DNA of 64,000 bases from Chrysomallon squamiferum (taxonomy: Eukaryota; Animalia; Mollusca), in NCBI GenBank assembly GCA_012295275.1, contig CM022671.1, positions 33,294,001 through 33,358,000 on the forward strand. Direction: 5' to 3'. A program made the translations under genes and the position numbers. Numbering within the stretch: position 1 is the first letter of the stretch; every line of letters starts with the position of its first letter. Shown here piece by piece: positions 15,916 to 28,600 of the stretch. The notes beneath the pieces were generated by a model, which saw only the letters and a program-made list of their open reading frames with translations, did not search any database and was not told the DNA's origin.

Positions 15916-16414
15916 TAATGCAACAAAAGATTGTTGCAAGAATTGTGGAATGTTATTATCAAAAAAAAAAACCATCAGTTTCTACAATATATATAAATTT
16001 AAACAAAAAATTACAGTTTTAATTATTTTATTCATAACAAAAGTGATGTAATTACAGAATGATATTTTCATCAAATATCTCAAGTTGTGGAAGCTATTAT
16101 GTTTTTGTAATAAACATCAATTTCTACATAATAATAGTAATAATAAAATAAATGAATAACTTAATTATTTAAAGTTTTCTGTAAATTAAGATTCAATAAA
16201 CTAATTAAACTTTTTATTCTGACTTCCAAGATGTGACGTTGGTTAATGTTATGAATGGACCTTTTCTCCTTCTGTGCTTTAATCAAACTGTCACCAGTGT
16301 CAATGAATGACACAGCAGGGGCCTTTTATATATTATATAATTTATGACATGTAACCTGTTATAGAGAGCCTTGGTACATACATTTATATTCAATGGGAAA
16401 TGAATAATGTATAT

Positions 16415-17977
16415 ACTTCTTATATATGTATTTATTTATTTCACTTATTTATTTGATTTTATTAAAAAAAAATCACTTTTTAAAACCTTGATGTCAGCAA
16501 TATATAAACTAAGTAATATTCAGGTAAATAATAATAGTATACAAATCTAAGTATATTAATTTCCATACATTTTACATTTTGCTGAATAAAAGTTAGATGT
16601 GGAATTTCAGTAATGTACACATTTTAAAACTCTATACTGAAAGTTTTTCTAAATTTAAATGCATTATGATAAAGGAAGATGGGCTTCTATATTAATGTCA
16701 AAATTTGAGACTAATAGGATTCAAAATTTATTCCAACTGACATCCTTAAACCTATCTTAGTCATATTAATAAAATGATTAGATATGGATTTTGTGAAAAT
16801 GAAAATTATGTATTGGCAATGGGCTGAATGCTAAATTCAACCAGTACTCATTGAATGATGTACCACATACTGTATTATCAGAAATATTCACATAAAAGAT
16901 TCCTTGAAGTTATCTGGTGCATATATAAACAACAGAATAATAACAGCAAATTGTTTTTTGTCTTTTTCATTTTTAATTTTATTTAAGAATTTGTCATTAC
17001 AAAACTGTAACTCAGTAGATCACATATTTGTTACACAGAAACTGTGGTTCTGTCAAAAAAAATACTTCTTTACAGCACAAGAACAAGGTACTTAGTGCCC
17101 CAGTTGAACTGTTTGAAGCTTTCTTTCTGTTTTATTGAAGTTTGTCCAAACATTACAGTGTTGGTACCTCAACTGGTCATGAATTGGGATTACTAGATTT
17201 GATATGTTCATTCATTCTAAACAACTATTAAAAATGCCCTAATACCAGTCTGCAATAAAAACCCATTGAAAAGACTGAAGAACATGTAGCACTCATAAAT
17301 AAAAGCAACACTAAATATATAAATATATCTGCACCATTGAGAAACGTGTCATAAAACTGTATTATATTAACAAGCTGCCATGTTTTACCACACACAGTAG
17401 ACACAGGTGTCTTGGCACCAGTATAATCCTTACCTGTCACACCACTTAATATTTAATATTTACATAACTTGCCCAAGCCAGAAAAACAACATATGCTTCA
17501 CACTTGGTCGAGCCACCTAATGACTTAATCAACCATGAAAATAAGTAAATAACAATCATAAGCTTTCTAGCCTAAGTTGATAACTATAATCATTCTTGCT
17601 CTCCCACCTTTCTCCATATCAATTTCCAGTCTTAGCAGCTGTTTCTGCTATCATGTTTCAGCATTTATAACTGTCCACAAGTCACTGGGATTTTATCACT
17701 TCTTAATCAACCCCTTTTCTCCCTTCTACACATACTTATCCTTACCAGTATAGTTCAGTTATATTGTTAAAAGATACAGCTTTTTGGGACATTTTTTTTA
17801 TTTATTTATTTATTTATTTTGTTTTGTCTTTTTAAAGGCATTATTTAATACTTAATTAAATTATAAAACTGAAGATGATGTTTCTTTTGTTTTAAATATG
17901 ATTTAATATTCAGAGCTAAATCTTGAAACACACAAAAATACAATACTCATTCTATTACCATACAGAAGTTTGGAAAT

Positions 17978-18019
<42 letters not shown>

Positions 18020-18117
18020 CTTATATATGTATAAACCTTGATGTCAGCAATATATAAACTAAGTAATATTCAGGTAAATAACAATAGTATACAAATCTAA
18101 TGATATATTTCCATACA
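16415..18117 (+). repeat. Dispersed direct duplication: 16415-16431 plus 16483-16550 copied to 18016-18100
   Basis: The 68-bp block AAACCTTGATGTCAGC...ACAAATCTAA occurs twice, 1550 bp apart, with one mismatch. Confidence 0.95.
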
Positions 18118-18812
18118 GAAGATTAGAACTGCACAAACACATACACACACACACAAATGCACACACATATATAACATAGCCTAATTGTACATATAATTAT
18201 ATTATATAAATGCATGTGTGCATATAAACACATTCACATATGATAAATTGACAAATATATTTAAACAATCAAAATGTGCAAAATTCATTAATAATTCTAT
18301 TTGAGTATTATTATTATTACAAACATTCCCCCCCCCATTTACACACAGGCATGTTTTCTATTGCTGTTATCAAGGATCTCCCTCAATTTATTATAGCAAT
18401 TTTTTATTCACAGCTTATGCTTCTTGACAACAACAAAGCTATTCAGTTTGTGCCTTGAACTTAAATCTTTAAAACCATGACCATGTTTTAGACATGCCAT
18501 ACCACACAATGTTAAATCAATTATACACTAGAACGATCTATATAACTGATTAATTAATCCAGTATGATTTGGATTTCCTTATTAAAATGCTTTTTATTCT
18601 AATATTTTTGTGTTTCTAGAATTTGTTATTGTTGAGATTATTGTTTCTTGCTGTTTTGTCTTTTTGTTTGTTTTTTGTTGAATTCTTTTAGTGCTATTAT
18701 ATAAATGTCTAAATATGCTGATGTTATTTGGTGATAATATATTTATGTCAATTATGTGAATATTTTCAAGGTTACTTCACGAGTGATGCTTAATATTTTT
18801 GTTATGTTCATC

Positions 18813-18907
18813 ACCTACCTTAACAACAGACTTTTAAAATATTTTGGAATAGTTCTTCATTTCTAATATAAACTTACCTGAAATAGAAAGAAAAACAAAC
18901 ATTAGTA
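18813..18907 (-). promoter_or_regulatory. Candidate recursive splice site (ratchet point) with 59-nt cryptic exon 18877-18819
   Basis: Minus strand reads TACTAAT-GTTTGTTTTTCTTTCTATTT-CAG|GTAAGT: branch-point-like motif, pyrimidine tract and acceptor fused to a perfect donor. A second donor AAG|GTAGGT lies 59 nt downstream. Confidence 0.7.
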
Positions 18908-20628
18908 TTATTTTCATGCTGAAACATAACACCAAAAATGTGAAATAATATATTTTTTTTAAAGCTAAACATTGTTTTGTTTTTCCTTTATGCAGTAGAA
19001 TGTATAATGTGTATTTCCATATTTGGAATGTGCAATGACTATAGGCCTATTTTTTAATTTTGAATTTAAATTAAAGAGCTCAGTTTAAATAATAATAATA
19101 ATAATAAATAATAATAATAATAATAATAATAAATGCTTTAAATTTTAGAAAAGAATAGACAAAAGTTTAAAAATGAACCATATTTTTTCTATAAAAGATT
19201 TTTTTTTTTTCAAGTGACCTCAAAATGATTACAGTATCAGAAATGAGATACATTATAAAGAACAACAATAGTGCTCAACCAAGTTATTAAATCATTCTCA
19301 GACTGTTTCATCATTCCTGCATTGTCTACAGGACTGCCACTCTTGCATATATACTTGCTTGAATGAAGTTCCATCAACATAAAGGGAAAAATAAATCTCA
19401 AATAGCTGGTAGGTCTCAACAAGCTATGATCAAATGTACCTTTTAGCTATACTGTCATTAGTGTGACACTCCAAACCAGACTTTATGTGGCTTATTTTAC
19501 TGTGAATATTAACACAAGAGAGATTTCTATTTAATCTTTCCTACTTAAATTTGCTGTGAAAACAGAGTTTGTTGAATAAAAACAAACATTTTTGAAAAAC
19601 AGAATAGAGAGAGAGAGAGCTAGAGATTATACATTATATTCAGAGTAATTCAATTTATACATTGATATTTTCTTAATGATACAACTTAACAGTTTACCAC
19701 TACTGAAATAATGTTTAAGTTAAGTTTTTAAAGGAAATCCACTGATTATAATGAAAAGCATACTTTATTTTTATGGAAGGTGTGACAGTTGCATTTTGTT
19801 TCAGAATTACAAACATGACAATCAATGAATAAATAATAAAGATACAGAAATAAAATTGATGGACAAATTAATGGTTTCTGAAATAATACAACACAATTAA
19901 CCATGTTCAGTCTTTCAGCAGCATTCACAACAAGCACATCAAAAGATCTTTGTATGAAATCCTGTTATAAAGACAAAACCATATACCATGACTACAATTA
20001 TTATTTTTCTTTTTTTTTGTACAGTTAAATAAATAAACAAACCTGATACAACTAAGAATGAAAAGATGATTCACCCCAAGAAGTGATAGTGAACAACTGT
20101 TTTATTCATCAATAACCTACACTATGGGAGAAAATTTGTGATTCAGGGCAACAGGTGAAAGATGGTGTGAGGAACAATCGACTTGCAACAAGTTTGCCAT
20201 TACTGGCACATGTCATGGGGCTAATGATGAAAGGTGAATACCAGCAAACACTGAAAGCTGAAGACAGAAACATTGCACAAACACTGTTAAACCGTTTCAC
20301 TGAACAAACTGTTTATAAAGCATTGGCAAACTCTACACATTATTTGCTCAATAATTGGTGTTATGAAAATACTTATTTTACTCATTTTCCAAATACAGCA
20401 TCTCCAACACAGTACCCACAAAAACAAAAGGAAATAAGAAATATAAAAATTTAAAATATATATTTTAATGTTTATACATTTTCTGGGGATTATAATTAAA
20501 ACACACATGCACACACAAACACACACACAAGCACACACATAACACACACACACACACACACACACATACAAAGAGACGAATGACTATGAAACTCCAAATG
20601 ATATATAGTGATACTGACCCTTTCTTTA

Positions 20629-20666
<38 letters not shown>

Positions 20667-21501
20667 TAACAATAATAATAATAATAATAAAACAAGAAGA
20701 AGAATTAGAAGGAATACTTTTTAAATGTTTCTTTATTAAAAGGAATTTATGTTACATGAATATTGGCTAAAAATCTACTTGAATTATTTTGTTAAAATAA
20801 AAAAATTAATGAAGACCAAGAAATTTCCTGGAGTAATCTGCATTTTCTTTTAGAATGGCTCTTCTATTTATTTAAGTTATAAAACACAGAACTGGAGGTA
20901 AAAACTAAATATTTCTATCCTGTAGGTATAAAAGATATGAAATTATTTAAATATAACTAATGAAAATGAAAAATGACATTATCTGTCAGGGACCTTACTT
21001 CAAAGAATGCAACTGTACTGCATAATCTTTTAACAGTAGATTTATTTGCTGGGAGTGCATTTATCTGTGTTTACATTATCACTGATATATATATATTTGC
21101 GTCCTTTAATGAACCATCCAAATCACTGCAGCTCCTTATAAGGATCACTAATTATAATGTATGACTTTTTATCACTATTATTTTTGACATATTTTATAGC
21201 ATCAGTCAAGATGATGAATAACTGCAGCAACATGGTTAATATTCTTCATTTTAATGGCATTAAATATTTTTTAACATTCTTTCTAAATCCACACATTCAA
21301 AAAGACAATGAAAAACATTTTTTAAAAATAATTAAGAGAGAAAAAGAGAGTGTGGGTGTGTGAAATGTTATTAAACACTGAAGTGAAACTTCTACAAGCT
21401 ACTGCCATTTACAAAACATTATATGGAAACGTAGAAAAATTAAAATAAAAGTATTGTAAAGATATTTTAAAAATGATTTTCTGTATATATATATATATAT
21501 A

Positions 21502-21635
21502 TTTATATTAGGAAAATCAAATACCTTGATGGTTTTTCAATGTTTATTCCATTGGTATTTTCTGAATTTTCTTGTGAAAACACCAATGGAATAAACACTG
21601 AAAAACCATCAAGGTTTTGTTTTTCCTATTATAAA
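21502..21635. repeat. Near-perfect ~134-bp palindrome/hairpin (palindromic MITE remnant or hairpin RNA)
   Basis: Arms 21502-21562 and 21576-21635: ACCTTGATGGTTTTTCAaTGTTTATTCCATTGGTaTTTTC pairs with GAAAAcACCAATGGAATAAACAcTGAAAAACCATCAAGGT; ~13-nt loop; TA-GGAAAA...TTTTCC-TA near the ends. Confidence 0.92.
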
Positions 21636-21666
21636 GTAGCCTACTTAATGCTACAAAAAGTTTATA

Positions 21667-21701
<35 letters not shown>

Positions 21702-22383
21702 ACAAAAAAGACAAAAATATAAAAATAAAATAAAATTAATATTTAGATATAATAAAATATATCTCCCCAAGATACACCAAAATTCCTTTACAGCAAACTG
21801 AACCAGGTTGCTAAATTATATACTGAAAAATGAAAATTTTGAAAAATGTCTTTATGATTATCATCCTGTAATCCCAAGGGTGTGTATATCCTTAAACACA
21901 GTCCACGAATACCCAGAGACACCAGATGAACTCAATTTGCAACCAAAAGTTCTTCCAAACAACTATTCTTCAAATATGGAATTTGGTTGTCCCAGGGGTT
22001 CACAGGGTTTTTCAGACTTAATATCAAAGAGCAAGTTGGAGTCAACATCTGTATATAAGCTCTGTATGAAGGTGACTGTACTCCCTTCCTTCAATAAACA
22101 GGAGATAAATTAGGTCTGGAATATCATTCTCAGCTCTGTTTATACAAAAAGGACATGCAGACATGACTTCTCAATGTGGCTTGGAAGGAAAAACTTCATA
22201 ATGTTGAACAACAATCTAATGATATGTGCCTTTAATGATTTTGTTAATTAAGCCTCATGCAATGAAAACAATGTTTACAGATGATGGAGTTTAAGATGCA
22301 GATTTCAGTTGTAAATATGTTTTCCAATAAAACATCTATTTGCTGGTTTGTGTCATAACTGCTACACTTTTTATATGAAATAA

Positions 22384-22420
<37 letters not shown>

Positions 22421-22653
22421 GAAAAAAAAGTATAATAAAATAACAAAACAATAACAAACAAAACAACAACAAAAAAACCCAACAAAAATATAAAAAGTGT
22501 TCTGTCAGTAAAACATCATAATGTTGTGATAGTAATAATTTAATCATCATATATAATGAACCAAAAAGAATAAAAAAGGGATAATAAATAAAAAGATTCT
22601 GGAAAATGTTGTTATCAACAAACTGTTGTGTATGTGTGCACAATTCAATATCT

Positions 22654-22655
<2 letters not shown>

Positions 22656-22695
<40 letters not shown>
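22656..22695. repeat. (TG)n/(CA)n microsatellite; similar runs at ~10370, 17979, 20500, 21668, 31424, 47799, 49250, 53860, 62954
   Basis: Directly visible. Confidence 0.95.
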
Positions 22696-22697
<2 letters not shown>

Positions 22698-25600
22698 ACC
22701 TATATATAGACAAGTGTCCATATATATTGTATGTTTTCAGTTTAACATCAGTCCTTTAACTATATATTCATAGAGGGAAGTGGAAAAAGAAAAAAAAAAA
22801 GATTTTGCAAGACAGTGAACTTTCTCTTGTGCTCAGTAAACCATCATAAAACTGACAGGTTAGCTGTCATGTCAGTTGAAATTCAAGCCAGTGTAGCAAA
22901 TGATTTTACAACACCAGACATGATCTTCTGGCTCTTCCCCTGCAGGGATGAGGTTCACCTCAGATGTCAGAAGAACACACCAGGTGACAGGTTGTGAGTT
23001 AATATCAGTGACATGTTGTAACAAGATTTCTATACAACATCCTGTGAGGCAAAAAGTGAATTTTGAATATATATATATACTCACTAACAAATTCAGTACA
23101 AAAACTGGCCTAAGAAAAAGACCAATATTAAATTATAATTAAATTATAAAAGAAACAATAAATAAATAAATGCAATAAACAAAAAAATCACGAAAAAACC
23201 CCAAGAATCTTGCATGTTCTGTGATGGTGACATAAAAAATTCTGAATTTTTGAATATATAAATGTTAGTGAATAATGTTTTTTTCAAACTGAATTTATAT
23301 TTAGATAAACAAGCCCTTCTCCAGTATTCCCTTAAATGGATGTTTTAAATATTTGTAGCTGTAACATTATCTGAATATAACTAAGTTTAGTTATAAACAA
23401 AATAAAACAATAAAACTAATAAATAAATAAAAACAAATGAAAAAATTCAAAAAATAGACAGTCTAACCAATGAAATCACATTTTTCCATTTTTATTTTGA
23501 AAATAACCCCCCACCAAAAACCAAACAATTTTGCATACCAAAGATTATTTTTAATTACATGATTGTTATTAAGGCAAGATTCCTTGCAAAACTCTAATAG
23601 GTCATGTTGACTGTTTTTTTACTGCAATCAGATACAGTTACATTTGGACATTTTATAAATCTGTCTTTATTAGCATTTAATATTATTAACTACTGCTTTT
23701 TTGACATAAAAAGTTAAACTTTTTCCTTCATTGTTTTGTCTAGCAAATTTACTTCAAAGCACAGAAAATCCCAAAACTGGCTCTATGTTATTTCAACTTA
23801 ATTTGTATGCCTATATTCAAAACAAAGATCAAGGCATCAGCCCGGGTTCATATTAGCATTTTCAATTCCAATCTACAATCTGCTTCTATATATAATATCA
23901 GCCAAATAATCTGCTCCTACATTTAACATACACATCCTTTCCAATCCATTCCCACAAAAATCACCATCTACACCCATCCACATCAGTTCACAGAGACCTA
24001 TCATTAACACCCTCCCCCAATATATTCTAACTGAAAATGCTATTAACAGCACTCCCCCATCTGCTTTAACAGACACACCATAAAACTGTATAATATAAAC
24101 ATGTTCTTCGAAGCAAACTCTGATGAATGGAGCCTGGTAACTTTGATCTACGGTTAGATCAGAAGGTAGGAAACCCACAAACAAAAAAAAAGGAACCTGG
24201 AATAACAGTAGATTGTTCTGTTGTTGAGCACCAGGCCTGAACTTCTGTCATGTAATTGCTCTTGGCAGTTGCATTTACTACTCAGTTTTAAGAATTACAG
24301 CATGATTTTGTTGAAATGCAATATGTTGAGAGCTATAATCTGTGTTTACAAAACAACATGGGAAGGGATAATCTCACTGGCTATTCTTTAATCTTCAACC
24401 ATCAGTTTTTATGAGCATCAGGAATAGCAATTATATTTTATAGCTATTTGCAGTGTGGTCTAAACATAATGTAAAATTTAAAGCCTGATTTGTTACTTTA
24501 AACCTAATAATAAGTTTAGATGTAAGATAAATTTTAAATTAAAATTTCAGAGGTAAGATAGCTGGGCTAATCCTTTAATAATTTTTTCTTGTCTTTTAAA
24601 TGTGTATCTGAAACATTTTAAACAGGTATTGAGTAGACCATCCCTTTAAAGTTAAGTATAATTATTACAAAAATAGTATGAATAAAGTAAAAAAATAAAA
24701 TAATAAAATCTTTACTTTTTTATTTCACTAGAAAACTTTATAAAGACTTTATAACCTGCATTTAAGTTATTTTTATTTTAAGAAAGCTGAACAAATCAAG
24801 ACAAAACAAACAAAAACATTTAAAAAAGGTGTATGTGCTGAAGTAATTTATGTTGTCAAAGTATAGTGACTGGTTAGATATTTTGTAATTCAAATATAAT
24901 TTTACATATCTTTTGGATAATATATAAGTTTTAAAACTTCTCATTTCAATCCATGCACATTTTATACACCATAACGGTTTTCAAATGGAATACATAACCA
25001 TTGTCATTTATTGTTGTTTTTTTTGTTGTTTTTTTTAAATAGAAGACATTGTTAAAGTGATTATTTTCATAAAGTGAACCAAGTGAGAAAATCTCTATCA
25101 TTAACATTTTCCTTGCATTAGGGATGCTTTAAAAAATATATATTTAAAAATAAAAAAATTAAAAAGACCTGGTCAAGCCAGTTTGTTCATATGAGCACAG
25201 CAAGAAACATCAATTTACTTTCCACAATAACCAGCCAAGCTTCATCATTTAATGTCACCATTTATCGCTGGGGTTGACTTAAGGATTCAAGGGCATTATT
25301 CAATCACAACCAATCAAATCAAAGGTGACAAAGTTCTATCCAATCATCAACATTCATTGCTCTCATGGTTTCAGATTAAATACAGGATCATATAATTGAA
25401 GGAAATTTTCATTAGTCAATTTTTATAATCAGTAAAAAAGAAAATCTGGGACACTTTATTTGATCCATAGAACAGCATGTTAAAAGTAAAAGGGAATGAT
25501 AAAGCAACATACAGTTTGTCATAGTGGAGCACATTTCTCTCTCATACACACCATTATATATAATTACCATCACAACTGGAATATTCATATAAAACAATCG

Positions 25601-28600
25601 AAAGTATCTATGAAACAATTTATAATTTTTTTTTTTAATTTACCTGAAAATATATTTATAAAGAATTTGTGACAAAATATCTCACTAAAAATTACTATTT
25701 CAGTTTGATGAACTATAAACTTTAAATACACATTTATATGTAAGAACCTATTTGCACAGATAATTAATGTCACTAATATTTAAAGCATATTATGAATCTT
25801 GTAAAGGTGGAAGGATACATTAGTGTTTTTTTAATCCTCCAACAGATTATAAATAAAAAATGTTATTTGTTTTTTCCTTTATTATTTGTTTTCTTATATT
25901 TTTTTCAAATTCTATTTTGTTTGTTTATATCTTGTGAAACAATAAACTGTTTAATCTCTGTAGTTATTTATTTTGAAAATATACCAAAATAATTATAACT
26001 GAAACAGTCTGAATAAAAAATTGCTTCGTGCAGTTGCTATCATCATTCTTCAAAATCTGTTCTGATATTAACTTCACTCCAGCCAGTTGCAATATAGTAA
26101 GTTGCAGCTGGGATGGTAGAGTTTGGGTGGCAATTGTTCAAGAATGTGCTGTTTTATAACTCTTGTATAAACAGGGATAACCAAAGAACTTCAGATGTTT
26201 GCAATCAGGAGTAATTTTTCTTATCCAAAGTTACCTACCAAAGAAATGATGCAAATGCTGTAACAAAGGTGGAAAATGCCTAGGCGAAACAAAACTAAAT
26301 TATGGACCAGATAACTAAAGAGCAGCAGACATAAACAAAGAAAATCAAAATGATCTAAAATGCCATACAAATCAAACCCAAAATGTCTTGTACATACACA
26401 AACAGAAAATGGTGATCTAGACAAAATTACTTCAGGTGTGTACTATATGGGAAAATTTCTCTGGATTTATTTGCATGAAAATACTTACTTGAAAGCACTG
26501 TTTATTTGGAAAATTCCAAAAAGTTCAATAGTTCAATTACATTGATATGGCAGGTGAAAAAAATATAAATAATAAAAATTAAAAGTAACATTTCCATGCT
26601 CTTTAATTTGTGCTGTTAAGTATTAATATAAAGTAACTTGATATATTCTAATACATTAAAACCTAACACTATATATTCAAAAATAACTAAACTGAATATT
26701 GTTTTCAAAAGACACATTTTAAAAATAAACAAACATACATAAATATTCCAGGCTGCTCAATCAAAGAAAAATCAAAAAATAATTTCTATATATATATATA
26801 ACGATATTCCAGGAAGTTTAAAAAAGTTGATTCATTTAGAAAACAATAACTAAATGTATTCTATAGGCAGGGCAGATATAGCTTTTATTCAAACTGTTTT
26901 CTTTTCTTTTTTTGTCCAAAATTACTAAACATATTTAAATGTTACGCTGATTACTTGAATACCACATTAACTGTTACCAATTTCTGCTTACGTAGTGTTT
27001 CATAAGCATAGCAGACATACTTTTAAAAATTTTAAAAAGAAAAGATTACTAGAATATCAGATTAAACATTACTAACTTCTGCTCACCTAGCACTCTCTGG
27101 GCAGGGCAGGCATCACACTTGAAAGGCACACTGATTTGTAAAAGAAGATTGGTGCAAGATGCTGACAGAATAGTGATAAAATTTGATGGAGTCCATGATA
27201 GATTTCCATAAACTAATTTCCAGTGTTATTTGATGGTGGGAGAAGCTAAGATGGGGAGATAACTGCAGGTCACACTGATAAGACGTTTTGGGGAGTTTTA
27301 GATTTGTTTTTTTTCTCCTCCACTACTTATGTAAGTATCAGATATATCAAAATGAGGTGAACATTTATTACTGGGTCTATTTGTTGTTGTTTTTTTGTTT
27401 TTTTTTGCTTTCTTTTATCAAAAGTAATATAGTGATTACAGCTAACACTCAAAACTGAAATTGTTTAGTAAAAGAGTGCATGATTCTCCTTTTCACAATA
27501 AAAGATTGAAAACAACATTTAACAAAAGAAATTGTTATTAAAAATATTTCAAGACAGGAAAAACTAAACTCTATGGATATATAAATTGGTTAGTTTTTGA
27601 ATATATACTCAACCTCTGCAGTATTAATATCCTTTACTGATGACCTCCCATTTCTGAACAAGAAAGAAAGAAAGAAAAAAAGAAAGAAAGAAAAATGAAA
27701 AACAGACCTAAAAAGTATCTGGGATGTTGCTTTCTAAACACAAAAAATATGTTGTTATTTTCCTTTTTAATCTTCCTACATGCTTTTAACTGCTTTTAAT
27801 AACCATTAACATGAAATTAAGCATGCAGTAAATTATCCATGACCTTTATCTTTAAAACATAAACTGCCAGCCTGTGCACATAATAGGAAACGGTTAAAAT
27901 TCTACCATAGCACTCAAAACACTATTACACATGCTCTACAAATATACATGGGTACAGAGAATCTGGACAATCAGTATTTAGTTCAAAAGCATCATCTGCT
28001 TACAGACTTAAAACTCTATTAAAAGAACATCAATCTGTTTCTGCCAATATAACAATCAGTTTAATGCCATAATTCAGAAAATTCAAAGAATGTCAATTTA
28101 TCTCTGGCATAATCAGGCATCAGCTAATAAATCAAGAGAATGTTGAGGATACTCTCTTCTGACCAAGCAATCCTAGGTGGTGGAATGGCCAAATTCTACA
28201 ATTTTGCAAACCTGACTACTGAAATATTTCCTGCCTTTCAATCAACTGCAGGAAAATGAAGGTTTTTTTTTTAAAGATGGGTAAAAAGCCAAAAGGGGAT
28301 GGTGTGGAAGAAGAAGATGTGTGTCTGCTATGCTCCTAAAAGGAAAGGTATAGTTAACAAATCTTTATCATACCGTTTGCTTATCAATCTAATATATGCA
28401 TATGTGATTATAATTATATAGGCCAACATTAAGGAAAAACATTTTAATTTTTTCATCAGTTTTTAAAAGTTTTTGACATATATCTTTTATTTATTTATTT
28501 AAAAAAAAGATAATATATATTTATATGTTATAATTTAAATGGAAACTGTGCTCACTTTTTATCACTTAACATTTAAATTTATCCTAACCAGAAAAAAAAA

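Noticed and set aside
20155-20454. 99-aa plus-strand ORF that looks protein-like
   Set aside because: Starts at GTG, no convincing splice sites, no recognisable domain, opposite to the inferred transcription strand; coincides with one of the GC-richer islands
21808-22113. 101-aa plus-strand ORF
   Set aside because: Non-ATG start, no domain, no splice support
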